DNA from: Telmatocola sphagniphila
GTDB taxonomy: Bacteria > Planctomycetota > Planctomycetia > Gemmatales > Gemmataceae
Length of the DNA stretch: 32,000 bases
Reading direction: 5' to 3'
Assembly (NCBI RefSeq): GCF_018398935.1
Contig: NZ_CP074694.1
Span: 3,090,001 to 3,122,000 of the forward strand
Below the pieces are notes generated by a model, which ran no database searches, was not told the origin of the DNA, and saw only the letters and a program-made list of their open reading frames with translations. The position numbers and the translations under genes are program-made. This document shows, piece after piece, positions 16,689-25,085 of the stretch (position 1 is its first letter; each line of letters opens with the position of its first letter).

Positions 16689-18743
16689 TTAGCGAATCCA
16701 CTCCTCCAGGAGTTCTTGGTTCGATAATTTCAAATTGTCGAGAACCAGGCGGATCATCTTTTTACGATCGTCATCATTCATCGAACCATGCGGTTGCCCT
16801 TCTTCACGATTCAGGCGAATCAGCTTCAGAGCCTGCTCTTCGGCTAAGGAATCGTGATCCAGGGCGAGTATCATCACTAGCCGGTATCGTAACGCTACTT
16901 CTTCCGAAGGCCGCAGTTCAACGATATGTGAGATATTTCTCTCGATGACCTTGAGACGTTCCGCCCGCAAGGTTTTTGATTCCTGAATGAACAAAAACAA
17001 GGCCTCGAGCTGCGAGTAGTAGCCGGCTAGATTCTGCGGATCTTCATGGATGGCTGCCAAAGTTTGGCCCAGAATTTTTTTGGTCATCTTCGCGGCCTGC
17101 TCCTGATCGCGAATCATCAGAAGATATTTCCAGTGTATTCGCCCCCAACGAGCCTGCTCGAGCATCAGGCTGGCATTATGCGGGTCGTATTTCTCCGCCC
17201 AGGATAAGGGCTCCAGAATCTTCGATATCAGAAAGGTATCTGTTTTGCGAATGGCATCGACCTGCGGCACATCGGTGGAGATTTTGATGTCCGTCGTCAG
17301 GCCGGGCAGCAAAATGCTGGCCCGGCGGGCTTCCCGAATTGCGAGATAGATCGCCCCCGTCGGAACTAAATTCGTGAAGAAATAAATCCCCAGCGCCGTC
17401 AGGAGGACGGAAATTCTCGTCCAACGCAGAATCGGGGCCACCGCTTGTTTTTCCCTTGAAGTGAAAGGGGACATCAGGCCGCCGAGAAAGACCAGTAACA
17501 TCAGCCAGCGAACCGAATAGCCGCCGGGAAGGAAAATTGAAACGAATAGGAGGCTGATTGCGAATTTCAAAGCCCTGACAAGCGAATCCGAATCAAAGCG
17601 AATTCTCTGAACAACGAGGTAAACTATTACCCAGAGCCCGAGTTTAATCATTGCGAAGAGCCCCAGGCGGAGATACTCATCGGGTGGCATCTCCGCTGGG
17701 AGATCGATGGCTTTAAGAATCCCACCAATTAGTAGCCCGAGAATTCCCGCAACATACATATCCCAGTTGAAGGAATTGGACCCCGGCAACTCCGCAGGGG
17801 TAACAGGCAGCCTTACTCGCAACCAGCGGGAGACGAGCCAGCAGAACACCAAACCACCGAGTATTCCAGTCGCTCCCCAGAATTCTGCAAATCCAAAAGT
17901 ACTGAGAGGTGTGATGGGACCGCGCGAAACACCCGAAAGAGTGGGAAGATGGCCGGGAGTTCGCAACTGGCCAAATGGCAGCCATTCAAATGGCTGCATG
18001 GGAAACAATCGCACGATCTGAACGACTAACAGGGTAGTTAGTAGTAGGAAGGCGATTACACTCAGACGTCCCGGCTTGCTTCTCCCTCGCAGAAGGACAC
18101 AACCTGCGAAAAGGAAGCCTGCCTCCACGCCAAGCCAATTGAGTGCCGGATTTTCGGGCAAATTTCGCCAGGCTTCAAACTCATCATCCCCCACAAGGGG
18201 CGAAGTCCCGGTGAAACTCTTAACCATTTCTGTCGGCATTTGAAATTCGGACGCGACTAGCGGGTAGATCTCAAATACCGTTTGCACCAATACCACGGTA
18301 ACCAGAGTGACCAGAAAGTTTCGCTGGATGGTTCTATTCTCACTCAGCGTTCTTGCCATCAGGAACAGCAAAATGGCCAAGAACCAATCGGCACTATGCA
18401 ATAATCCAGGGCGATGGTACGTGTCGAATGCCAGAGCATTGATCAGACCAAATAAAGCCACGCAGATGAGTGCGGCTCCCTGCCAGTTCATCAGCCGGTG
18501 TCCGTAACCCGAAATCGCACCCCCCACGGCGGCCATGGTGGCAAAGCCGATCAGCAGTAAGCCCCAGACCTCTTCACTGATACCCGATTTCAAGCTCAAT
18601 CGCCCCGGATCCATACCCGGCAACTGAACTCTTGCCACCAGGAGGGCGGCGAAAATGATGAAAAAAATCCGGTCTGCGGTCCAGTGATAAGCGGGGGCAA
18701 TAGCCCCGATGTTATTGGCGGGTATTTTTGGTTGTTTACGCAT
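16689..18743 (-). CDS. Polytopic membrane protein with a C-terminal helical-repeat domain (possibly O-antigen ligase/Wzy-like; function unknown)
   Basis: 684 aa with an ATG start. The first ~450 aa contain roughly 10-12 hydrophobic helices. The C-terminal ~220 aa are soluble and helix-rich, TPR-like in character. I saw no diagnostic motif, so the functional label is tentative. Confidence 0.55.
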   Translation of the reverse strand: MRKQPKIPANNIGAIAPAYHWTADRIFFIIFAALLVARVQLPGMDPGRLSLKSGISEEVWGLLLIGFATMAAVGGAISGYGHRLMNWQGAALICVALFGLINALAFDTYHRPGLLHSADWFLAILLFLMARTLSENRTIQRNFLVTLVTVVLVQTVFEIYPLVASEFQMPTEMVKSFTGTSPLVGDDEFEAWRNLPENPALNWLGVEAGFLFAGCVLLRGRSKPGRLSVIAFLLLTTLLVVQIVRLFPMQPFEWLPFGQLRTPGHLPTLSGVSRGPITPLSTFGFAEFWGATGILGGLVFCWLVSRWLRVRLPVTPAELPGSNSFNWDMYVAGILGLLIGGILKAIDLPAEMPPDEYLRLGLFAMIKLGLWVIVYLVVQRIRFDSDSLVRALKFAISLLFVSIFLPGGYSVRWLMLLVFLGGLMSPFTSREKQAVAPILRWTRISVLLTALGIYFFTNLVPTGAIYLAIREARRASILLPGLTTDIKISTDVPQVDAIRKTDTFLISKILEPLSWAEKYDPHNASLMLEQARWGRIHWKYLLMIRDQEQAAKMTKKILGQTLAAIHEDPQNLAGYYSQLEALFLFIQESKTLRAERLKVIERNISHIVELRPSEEVALRYRLVMILALDHDSLAEEQALKLIRLNREEGQPHGSMNDDDRKKMIRLVLDNLKLSNQELLEEWIR

Positions 18744-18815
18744 ATGCCGTCGAGCAGGGACGTGGAGGATTTCGCCAAATTCTATCGAAAAAATCTCTCG
18801 CGGGGTGTCCGACGG

Positions 18816-19502
18816 TTAAGATCGGAGTTTTTCGTTCTTCAGGAAGCTATCCAGCCAGAGTTTGTTCTCGGAATTCAGAGGGACAGGCGGGTCGTTTTCG
18901 TAGGAAATGGCACCAGGGAAATTTCCCAATTCGAAGCAGCGGGTGAAGCACATCTGAAGATCGACAATGGTATCGCGATCCTCCGCAGCGAGAGGGATTT
19001 TAAAACGCGGCAGACGCTTCGCCAGCGTTGAACCATAAATCTCCGGGTTATCCGGCTGATTCGCCCGAAAGGCCGTTATCGTGTAATCCCACTGATTCGC
19101 ATTCGTCGGATTCCCTTGCCAGGGAAACTGCCCCTGCAGAACCAGATCGATCCAGACGACATTCGCTTTCGTTTGTAATGCCTGGGCGCGTTGCTGAAGG
19201 ATCTGATTCCTGCCAATCGCCGCGGTTCGGTTCGTCGGGCTGACCATATCAATGAGCGTAACCAACCGATCGTCGTTGCGACTGCGAATTTCCATGAACG
19301 GTTCGTGATGTTCGATTTTCAGCACGGAAGTGAACAAGGGCTCTTCAGTCAGATAATCGCGCTGGGTCAACCGCGATCTGTAACGATCGACCAGATTGGG
19401 AAGAAGCATCTGGTAGAGGCAATTCATGAGTTGCTGCTGGAAGCTAGGCCAAAGTTTCTCAGCTTCCAAATAGGGATTCATACCGGGAAACGGTGAGGGC
19501 AT
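18816..19502 (-). CDS. DUF4058 family protein (PD-(D/E)xK-like, Uma2-related layout)
   Basis: The internal ATG at 19502 gives the N-terminus MPSPFPGMNPYLEAEKLWPSFQQQL, the characteristic start of DUF4058 proteins. FMEIRS...LVTLIDMVSPTNR...VWIDLVLQG resembles the E/D...SPxN(K/R) nuclease-fold core. The longer ORF to 19583 adds 27 non-conserved residues. Confidence 0.7.
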   Translation of the reverse strand: MPSPFPGMNPYLEAEKLWPSFQQQLMNCLYQMLLPNLVDRYRSRLTQRDYLTEEPLFTSVLKIEHHEPFMEIRSRNDDRLVTLIDMVSPTNRTAAIGRNQILQQRAQALQTKANVVWIDLVLQGQFPWQGNPTNANQWDYTITAFRANQPDNPEIYGSTLAKRLPRFKIPLAAEDRDTIVDLQMCFTRCFELGNFPGAISYENDPPVPLNSENKLWLDSFLKNEKLRS

Positions 19503-19674
19503 CGCCTGGGATCTCCGTGGTTGCGCTTCGTCCTGATAACATCGGGAGACGATTTTCTCAGACCAGGTTCGGTCTGATCGCATTGTACCACGAAGTGAGG
19601 AGAATCAAGGGAATTTTTATGTCGGAACCTCAGTGCTTGAGCGAAGCAAATTCCGTTTCCCCGTGGCAGAAGAT

Positions 19675-20058
19675 CTAGCTTTCCTGCTCTTCTCCGAGCG
19701 GATTTTTAGCAAAAATCCAGTCCTCGATCGGTTGGTTCTGAACCAGGTGCCGTTCCACAAATTCGGGGATTTTATCCGCCGTCATGTCGTGGTACCAATC
19801 CCCCTCAGGATAGACCACCAGAATGGGACCGTTGGAACAGACTCGGAGGCACCCGGCCTTCGTTCGAAAGCAAGCGTTCTCGGCCGTGCTCAGCGACAAC
19901 TGCCGATCCTTCAATTCCCGTTTCAGCACTTCCCAGGCTTCCTGTCCTACCTCGGCGGAGCAACACTTTTCCCCCGCACACAACAGGACGTGACGGGAAT
20001 AACTCCCGATACAGAGAGTTTTCGCGATCTTGGCCAGTTCCTGTTTAACTTCACTCAC
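19675..20058 (-). CDS. Thioredoxin-like [2Fe-2S] ferredoxin domain protein
   Basis: 127 aa. The Cys pattern HVLLCAGEKCC ... AGCLRVCSNGPILVVYPEGDWY is typical of thioredoxin-fold 2Fe-2S ferredoxins. The GTG start overlaps the ATPase stop by 8 nt (GTGAGTGA). Confidence 0.7.
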   Translation of the reverse strand: MSEVKQELAKIAKTLCIGSYSRHVLLCAGEKCCSAEVGQEAWEVLKRELKDRQLSLSTAENACFRTKAGCLRVCSNGPILVVYPEGDWYHDMTADKIPEFVERHLVQNQPIEDWIFAKNPLGEEQES

Positions 20059-22981
20059 GGCTCGCTCCTGAACTTGCGACCACCCGTCTCAATATCTCGC
20101 CAAAGAGAAGAACAGAGGCGGTCCCCACAACGATTAATAGCCATTCCAGGCCGCTGAGAGGTTCCACATCGAAAATTGCACCGCCGTAATTGATGATGCT
20201 GATTTGAACTCCCAAGGTCATCGCCGAGATGCCCAGGAAAAAGGGGTTTTGAAACAAGCGATAGAATGCGCTTTCATTACCCGCCAGAGAGCGGCAGTTC
20301 AACTGGTTCCACAACTGGAACATTACATAAGTCGTGAAAAAAATTGCCACTTGCCGACGAGTGAATTCGCCAAAGAAATTCGAGGGGTTATCCTGGGACC
20401 TATAAAACAGATGATCGTACTTCATCCCAACCAGAAGAATCAGCATCGCCACGACGAAGAATCCGGCCGTGCCGAGAATCCGCCAGCGCATGGCCCGGGT
20501 CAGAATATTCGCCTCCCGGTGAATCGGCTTACATTTCATCAGTCCCGGGCGCGGCCGTTCGGAGCATAGAGCAATCGCGGCAAACGTATCCATTATGACG
20601 TTGATCCAGAGCAATTGCAGCACTGTGAACGGCGGCTTCACCCCGAGAAAAGGCCCGAGCAAAGCCAGTATCAGAGCCGACACATTGATGGTGAGCTGAA
20701 ACTGCAGAAATCTCTGAATATTCTCGTACAGTGCCCTACCCCAGTGAATCGATTGGACGATGCTGGAAAAAGAATCATCCAGCAGAACGATGTTGCTCGC
20801 TTCCTTGGCCACTTCCGTTCCAGTGCGGCCCATCGCCAGACCCACGTCCGCCTGCTTCAAGGCCGGGGCATCGTTCGTTCCATCTCCAGTAACCGCGACG
20901 ACTTGCTGCATCTCCTGCAACAGTCGTACCATGCGAAGCTTATCCTGAGGCTTCGCGCGGGCGAGAATTCGCAGCTTGGGCAATTGCGCTTTCAGCTGTT
21001 CGTTACTCGCCGCTCCAAACTGCTCTGAGGTCATCAGCAGGCTCTCGGCTTCCAGCAACCCGATTTCCTGACCGATTGCACGAGCGGTTTCCGGATTGTC
21101 TCCAGTGATCATCTTCACTTCGATACCGGCCACACGACACTGGCGGATCGCTTCGGATACATCGGGTCGAATGGGATCGCGAATGGCCGCGTAGCCATCG
21201 AAAATGAGATTGGAAAGTTCACCACTGGCCAGATTGCGGTAGAAACTTTCATCGCTGGGATCGGTGTTAGCAATCGTATGGGCAAAAGCCAGCGTTCGCA
21301 TCGATCGCTGCGAATCGGCGAGCAGAGATCGTTCGATCCTCTCCATCAACGCCGGCGTAAGCTCGAGAATTTCCCCTTGCGACGACCGAACCCGATTACT
21401 GGCCGCCAGTAGCATCTCGGGAGCGCCTTTGATCATCAGGTGAACGACGCCCTCTAATCGGACCACGCTCCGCATATCTTTACGCTGAGAATCGAAATGC
21501 GTCTGATAGAGCACGGCGTGCTCTTCGCGAACTTTTCGATAATCGACCTGATTTTCTTTCAACCAGAGCAACAAAGCGCCTTCCGTGGAACTGCCAATGA
21601 TACTCGGGTCGCCGGCAGCCGGGTCCAGATGTGCCGTGGAATTCAAGGCGGCATTCAGAACGATACGTTCGGAGGGTTGGTTCGTCGACTCGGGCGTCCA
21701 GACGTGATCGACGCGCATTTCATTGAGCGTGATCGTCCCGGTTTTATCCGAACAGATGACGGAGACGGAGCCGATGGTTTCGCACGCCATCAGTTGCCGG
21801 ACGTGGCAGTTGGCCCGCGTCATTTTTCGCATCGCCAGGGCCAACGAGACGCTCACGCTCATGGGCAGACCTTCAGGCACGGCCACCACAACCACCACGA
21901 CCATGTAGACGAAATATTCGAGTATCGCTGCCAGGCTGGCTCTCAAATCGGCACCAGCGAAGGAGAGTTTCCATTCCCCCATCAGGTAACCGCGAATCAG
22001 CATGGCCAGGAAGATGAGTACCGCCGCGGCATAGCCGAGCTTGCTGATCAAATCGGCCAAGTGGCTCAATTTTCGCTGCAAAGGTGTCTGATGCTTCTGA
22101 ACGGTAAGCTTACGATGAACGCGAACTAGAGCCGATTCCTCGTCGAGCGATGAACCGACGAGCGATAATTGCCGGGCAATCTGGCCGATCATGGTCATAT
22201 CGCCGACATCGGTGATTAAAACCCGTCCCACGCCTTCGACAACCTGAGTTCCCCGATAGACGCAGGCGGGATGCTCGGTTCCTTCCGCGTCCTCCAGATA
22301 AGTTCCATCGATTTTGGCGACGGGCTCCGATTCCCCAGTCAAGAGGGATTGATTGATCCTCAGATCCTGAGCCTGAACAACACGACCGTCCGCGGGAATT
22401 TCATCCCCGGCATGGATTTCAATCAGATCGCCGACGTAAGTGTCTTCCGAGGCTACGATGCCAATCTCGCCATTGCGTATGGTGCGGCATTTTTGTGAAT
22501 CTTTACGCGCGTTGAGCAGATCGAATTCGCGTGCACTTTTCCACTCGCTGAAAAAAGCTACCCCCGTCGCGAGGATCACCGCGACCATGATCGCCAAGCC
22601 TTCGAAGGAGAGATGGCCGATCAGCGAACTTACCAGAACGAGAATTGCAGCCAGCACAAAACAGAGGACCGGCTGCAGAGCTTTAAAGCGCGGAAAGAAA
22701 ACCAGGGCGACAACCAGCAGCGACAGGGAGAAGCCGATGGCCCCCCAGAGCAGAGAGCCCAAAAAAAGGTCGACGACGATCTTCAGTAGACTCGCCGCCA
22801 ACAGAATACGGATGATCGGTTCATCGAACCGACCGACAAATTGTTTCCAGAGGGGTTCGCGTGGGAGGGGCGTCAGTCGGTTCAGCCCGAACTGCTGCTT
22901 ACTCCGTTCCACCTCCTCGGAGGACAGGCCCCGCGATACGCAGTTAGGGAAATCGGACAGCAATTCCTGGATGCTTCGCAT
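20051..22981 (-). CDS. P-type cation-transporting ATPase, P2 (Ca2+/cation) type
   Basis: 976 aa. The N-terminal cation-ATPase motif is LSSEEVERSKQQFGLNRL. The actuator motif is LTGESEPV and the phosphorylation site is ICSDKTGTITLN. MITGDN and the hinge VAVTGDGTNDAPALKQADVGLAMG are also present. The hydrophobic layout is 10-TM-like. Confidence 0.9.
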   Translation of the reverse strand: MRSIQELLSDFPNCVSRGLSSEEVERSKQQFGLNRLTPLPREPLWKQFVGRFDEPIIRILLAASLLKIVVDLFLGSLLWGAIGFSLSLLVVALVFFPRFKALQPVLCFVLAAILVLVSSLIGHLSFEGLAIMVAVILATGVAFFSEWKSAREFDLLNARKDSQKCRTIRNGEIGIVASEDTYVGDLIEIHAGDEIPADGRVVQAQDLRINQSLLTGESEPVAKIDGTYLEDAEGTEHPACVYRGTQVVEGVGRVLITDVGDMTMIGQIARQLSLVGSSLDEESALVRVHRKLTVQKHQTPLQRKLSHLADLISKLGYAAAVLIFLAMLIRGYLMGEWKLSFAGADLRASLAAILEYFVYMVVVVVVAVPEGLPMSVSVSLALAMRKMTRANCHVRQLMACETIGSVSVICSDKTGTITLNEMRVDHVWTPESTNQPSERIVLNAALNSTAHLDPAAGDPSIIGSSTEGALLLWLKENQVDYRKVREEHAVLYQTHFDSQRKDMRSVVRLEGVVHLMIKGAPEMLLAASNRVRSSQGEILELTPALMERIERSLLADSQRSMRTLAFAHTIANTDPSDESFYRNLASGELSNLIFDGYAAIRDPIRPDVSEAIRQCRVAGIEVKMITGDNPETARAIGQEIGLLEAESLLMTSEQFGAASNEQLKAQLPKLRILARAKPQDKLRMVRLLQEMQQVVAVTGDGTNDAPALKQADVGLAMGRTGTEVAKEASNIVLLDDSFSSIVQSIHWGRALYENIQRFLQFQLTINVSALILALLGPFLGVKPPFTVLQLLWINVIMDTFAAIALCSERPRPGLMKCKPIHREANILTRAMRWRILGTAGFFVVAMLILLVGMKYDHLFYRSQDNPSNFFGEFTRRQVAIFFTTYVMFQLWNQLNCRSLAGNESAFYRLFQNPFFLGISAMTLGVQISIINYGGAIFDVEPLSGLEWLLIVVGTASVLLFGEILRRVVASSGASRE

Positions 22982-23065
22982 GAAAGCAGTCTTGCCTACC
23001 GTCAGGCAGTGCGAATCGGGAGGCTTGGCTCGCGCGCCGCCTCCCGATCCGAAGAGAATTAACGA

Positions 23066-23626
23066 TTACTGTTCCATGACTTCCTTGGTCTTCGTCGAGG
23101 CAATTTCGTCGATTTTGCCTTCGTATAACTTGAGCAGATTCTGGATGTCGTCCTTGCCCTTCTTGACGTCGTCTTCCGACATCGTTTTGGCCTTTTCCCC
23201 ATCGTCGAAGTGCTTGTTGGCGTCCCGGCGAATATTCCGGCAGGAAACCTTGGCGTGCTCGGCCACTTCTTTGATTTTCTTGGCCATTTTCGTTCGCTGT
23301 TCGCCCGACATCGTCGGAATTTGAAGTCGAATGACCTTGCCATCGTTGTTGGGAGCCAAGCCCAGGTCGCTGGAGCGAATGGCTTTTTCAATGTCCTTCA
23401 AACTGTTCAAATCGAACGGCTTGATCAGCAATTGAGTCGGCTCGGGCGCCGTGATGTTACCCAGTTGCTTGAGCGGCGTGGGAGAACCGAAATAATCCAC
23501 CCGGATCGAATCGAGCAGCGCCGGACTGGCTCGACCAGTCCGTAGACCTTTCAATTCGTTTTTCAGCACATCCAGTGCTTTATCCATCCGATCTTTGGTA
23601 TCTTTCTGAATTTGAGCAGCGTTCAT
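23066..23626 (-). CDS. frr: Ribosome recycling factor
   Basis: 186 aa. LRTGRASPALLDSIRVDYFGSPTPLKQLGNITAPEPTQLLIKPFD and the C-terminal coiled-coil region are typical of Frr. Confidence 0.95.
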   Translation of the reverse strand: MNAAQIQKDTKDRMDKALDVLKNELKGLRTGRASPALLDSIRVDYFGSPTPLKQLGNITAPEPTQLLIKPFDLNSLKDIEKAIRSSDLGLAPNNDGKVIRLQIPTMSGEQRTKMAKKIKEVAEHAKVSCRNIRRDANKHFDDGEKAKTMSEDDVKKGKDDIQNLLKLYEGKIDEIASTKTKEVMEQ

Positions 23627-23823
23627 TTCCGAACCTCAGGAGGCTTTTTACCTTATGTTTTGAGGATATATGTTCTGTTAGGCCCAGTCCATCAAACAGT
23701 AAGTTTACTTAATTTGAGACTTAACCGGGAAAATTCTTCTTTCCACCCGATTGCAGGTTCCGCTACAATAGTGTTAGTGAAATTCATTTCGGTAGGGACG
23801 CCGAACTTCGTTCGGAAGCCCGG

Positions 23824-24306
23824 ATGACCACGCAAACACGATTAGCGGTCCTGTCGATCACTGGTGCACTTTACCTGGGTGCTCTGCTGATGCCGGTGAC
23901 TACCGCCCAAGGCGTCGGGTTGAACGGGGCTCAACTGTTCAACCGAGGCTGGTCGGCCGTGCTCAGTGGCCATTATTTGCACTCTCCGACCGCATTGGCC
24001 ATAATCACCTGGCTCGCTCACCCGTTTCTCTGGTTGGGCTATGGCTTTGTCGCCAGCGGAAATATGCGTGCGGCGGCCTTGTGCGGTGGAATTTCGCTGG
24101 TTTGCAGCTTCTGCCTTTTGCCTCAATATGCCCTTTTCCCTCTGCGCTACATCGGTTTCTGGTTGCTGAGCGGCAGCGCGGGTTTGCTCTGGTTTTTTCA
24201 CTGTGTCATTCGGGATCTGGTTCCGCCCCGACAGAATGGATCCTGGGAAAACCTGGAAAATGCCTGGGCCACTTCCATGAGTTTCACCAAGTTTGATAAT
24301 CGGTAG
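23824..24306 (+). CDS. Hypothetical integral membrane protein (160 aa, about 4 TM segments)
   Basis: The ATG ORF has four hydrophobic stretches. It is preceded by a possible sigma70-like promoter, TTCCAC-N17-TACAAT, at 23741-23769. I recognise no family. Confidence 0.5.
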   Translation: MTTQTRLAVLSITGALYLGALLMPVTTAQGVGLNGAQLFNRGWSAVLSGHYLHSPTALAIITWLAHPFLWLGYGFVASGNMRAAALCGGISLVCSFCLLPQYALFPLRYIGFWLLSGSAGLLWFFHCVIRDLVPPRQNGSWENLENAWATSMSFTKFDNR

Positions 24307-24369
24307 TATAATCTTTTGACTACTCGTCCGTGCAAAGCTGTCATAGACTTTCTTATCATGAACAAATCG

Positions 24370-24396
24370 TGAACCCCAGAGCGGTCCGTTTCGTAA
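24370..24396 (+). promoter_or_regulatory. Candidate ECF-sigma-type (autoregulated) promoter TGAACC-N16-CGTAA
   Basis: TGAACC is at 24370-24375 and CGTAA at 24392-24396, with a 16-nt spacer. This matches the generic ECF promoter architecture (AAC in the -35 element, CGT in the -10 element). It lies immediately upstream of the ECF sigma gene. Confidence 0.35.
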
Positions 24397-24408
24397 AAGG
24401 TTTAGCAA

Positions 24409-25080
24409 TTGGCTCGTGTCGAAAATACTGATATCGACCTTAGCGATGAGGACCTGCTAACGCGTCTTCGTAATGGCGAGCGCGATCTATTCGGTCAACT
24501 CGTCCGGCGTTATCAGAGAGAGTTATACGCTTATCTGGTTCGTTACACGGGGGATGCCCAATTGGCGGAGGATGTTTTCCAAAACACCTTCCTCCAGGTT
24601 CACCTCAAAGTTCAGCAGTACGAACCGGGTCGTCCTGTGCGTCCCTGGCTTTATCGAATTGCTACGAATCAGGCGATCGACTTGCTTCGAAGTGTTAATC
24701 GCCATCAGGCAGTGAGCCTGGAACAGACGCAGTCTCCCACGGGCGACAGCGTAGTGAGTCTCCTGGAGTTGATTCCGGAAACGGAAGATGGGCCGTTTGA
24801 GGCCATACAACTGGAGGAAATGCGAAATCTGGTTCGCCTGGCAATTCGCCAGCTGCCAGAAATGCTTCGCGGTGTTGTGCTTCTGGCTTATTTTCAGGAA
24901 TTGAAATATTCGGAAATTGCCGATATACTCGAAATTCCTGTTGGTACTGTTAAATCACGGCTGCATAACGCTTTAAACCGTTTGCATCAGATATGGGTTG
25001 AGAGCCAAACTCCCGAAGAAGGCTCAAAGGAGATGCCGGTCGAACGACCGGCAAAACCTCTAGTAGCTAATCCCCGATAA
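24409..25080 (+). CDS. ECF-family RNA polymerase sigma-70 factor
   Basis: 223 aa. Region 2 is LFGQLVRRYQRELYAYLVRYTGD...AEDVFQNTFLQV...PWLYRIATNQAIDLLR. The region 4 helix-turn-helix is YSEIADILEIPVGTVKSRLHNAL. The only possible start is TTG 24409, because an in-frame TAG lies at 24403-24405. Confidence 0.9.
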   Translation: MARVENTDIDLSDEDLLTRLRNGERDLFGQLVRRYQRELYAYLVRYTGDAQLAEDVFQNTFLQVHLKVQQYEPGRPVRPWLYRIATNQAIDLLRSVNRHQAVSLEQTQSPTGDSVVSLLELIPETEDGPFEAIQLEEMRNLVRLAIRQLPEMLRGVVLLAYFQELKYSEIADILEIPVGTVKSRLHNALNRLHQIWVESQTPEEGSKEMPVERPAKPLVANPR

Positions 25081-25085
25081 ACGCT

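Noticed and set aside
15518-16948. 476-aa plus-strand ORF (Gly/Ser/Phe-rich) overlapping two minus-strand genes
   Set aside because: It is the reverse-complement shadow of the proline-rich gene, since CCN codons read as GGN/NGG on the other strand. The sequence is low complexity with no motifs. The minus-strand genes have signal peptides and coherent domain structure.
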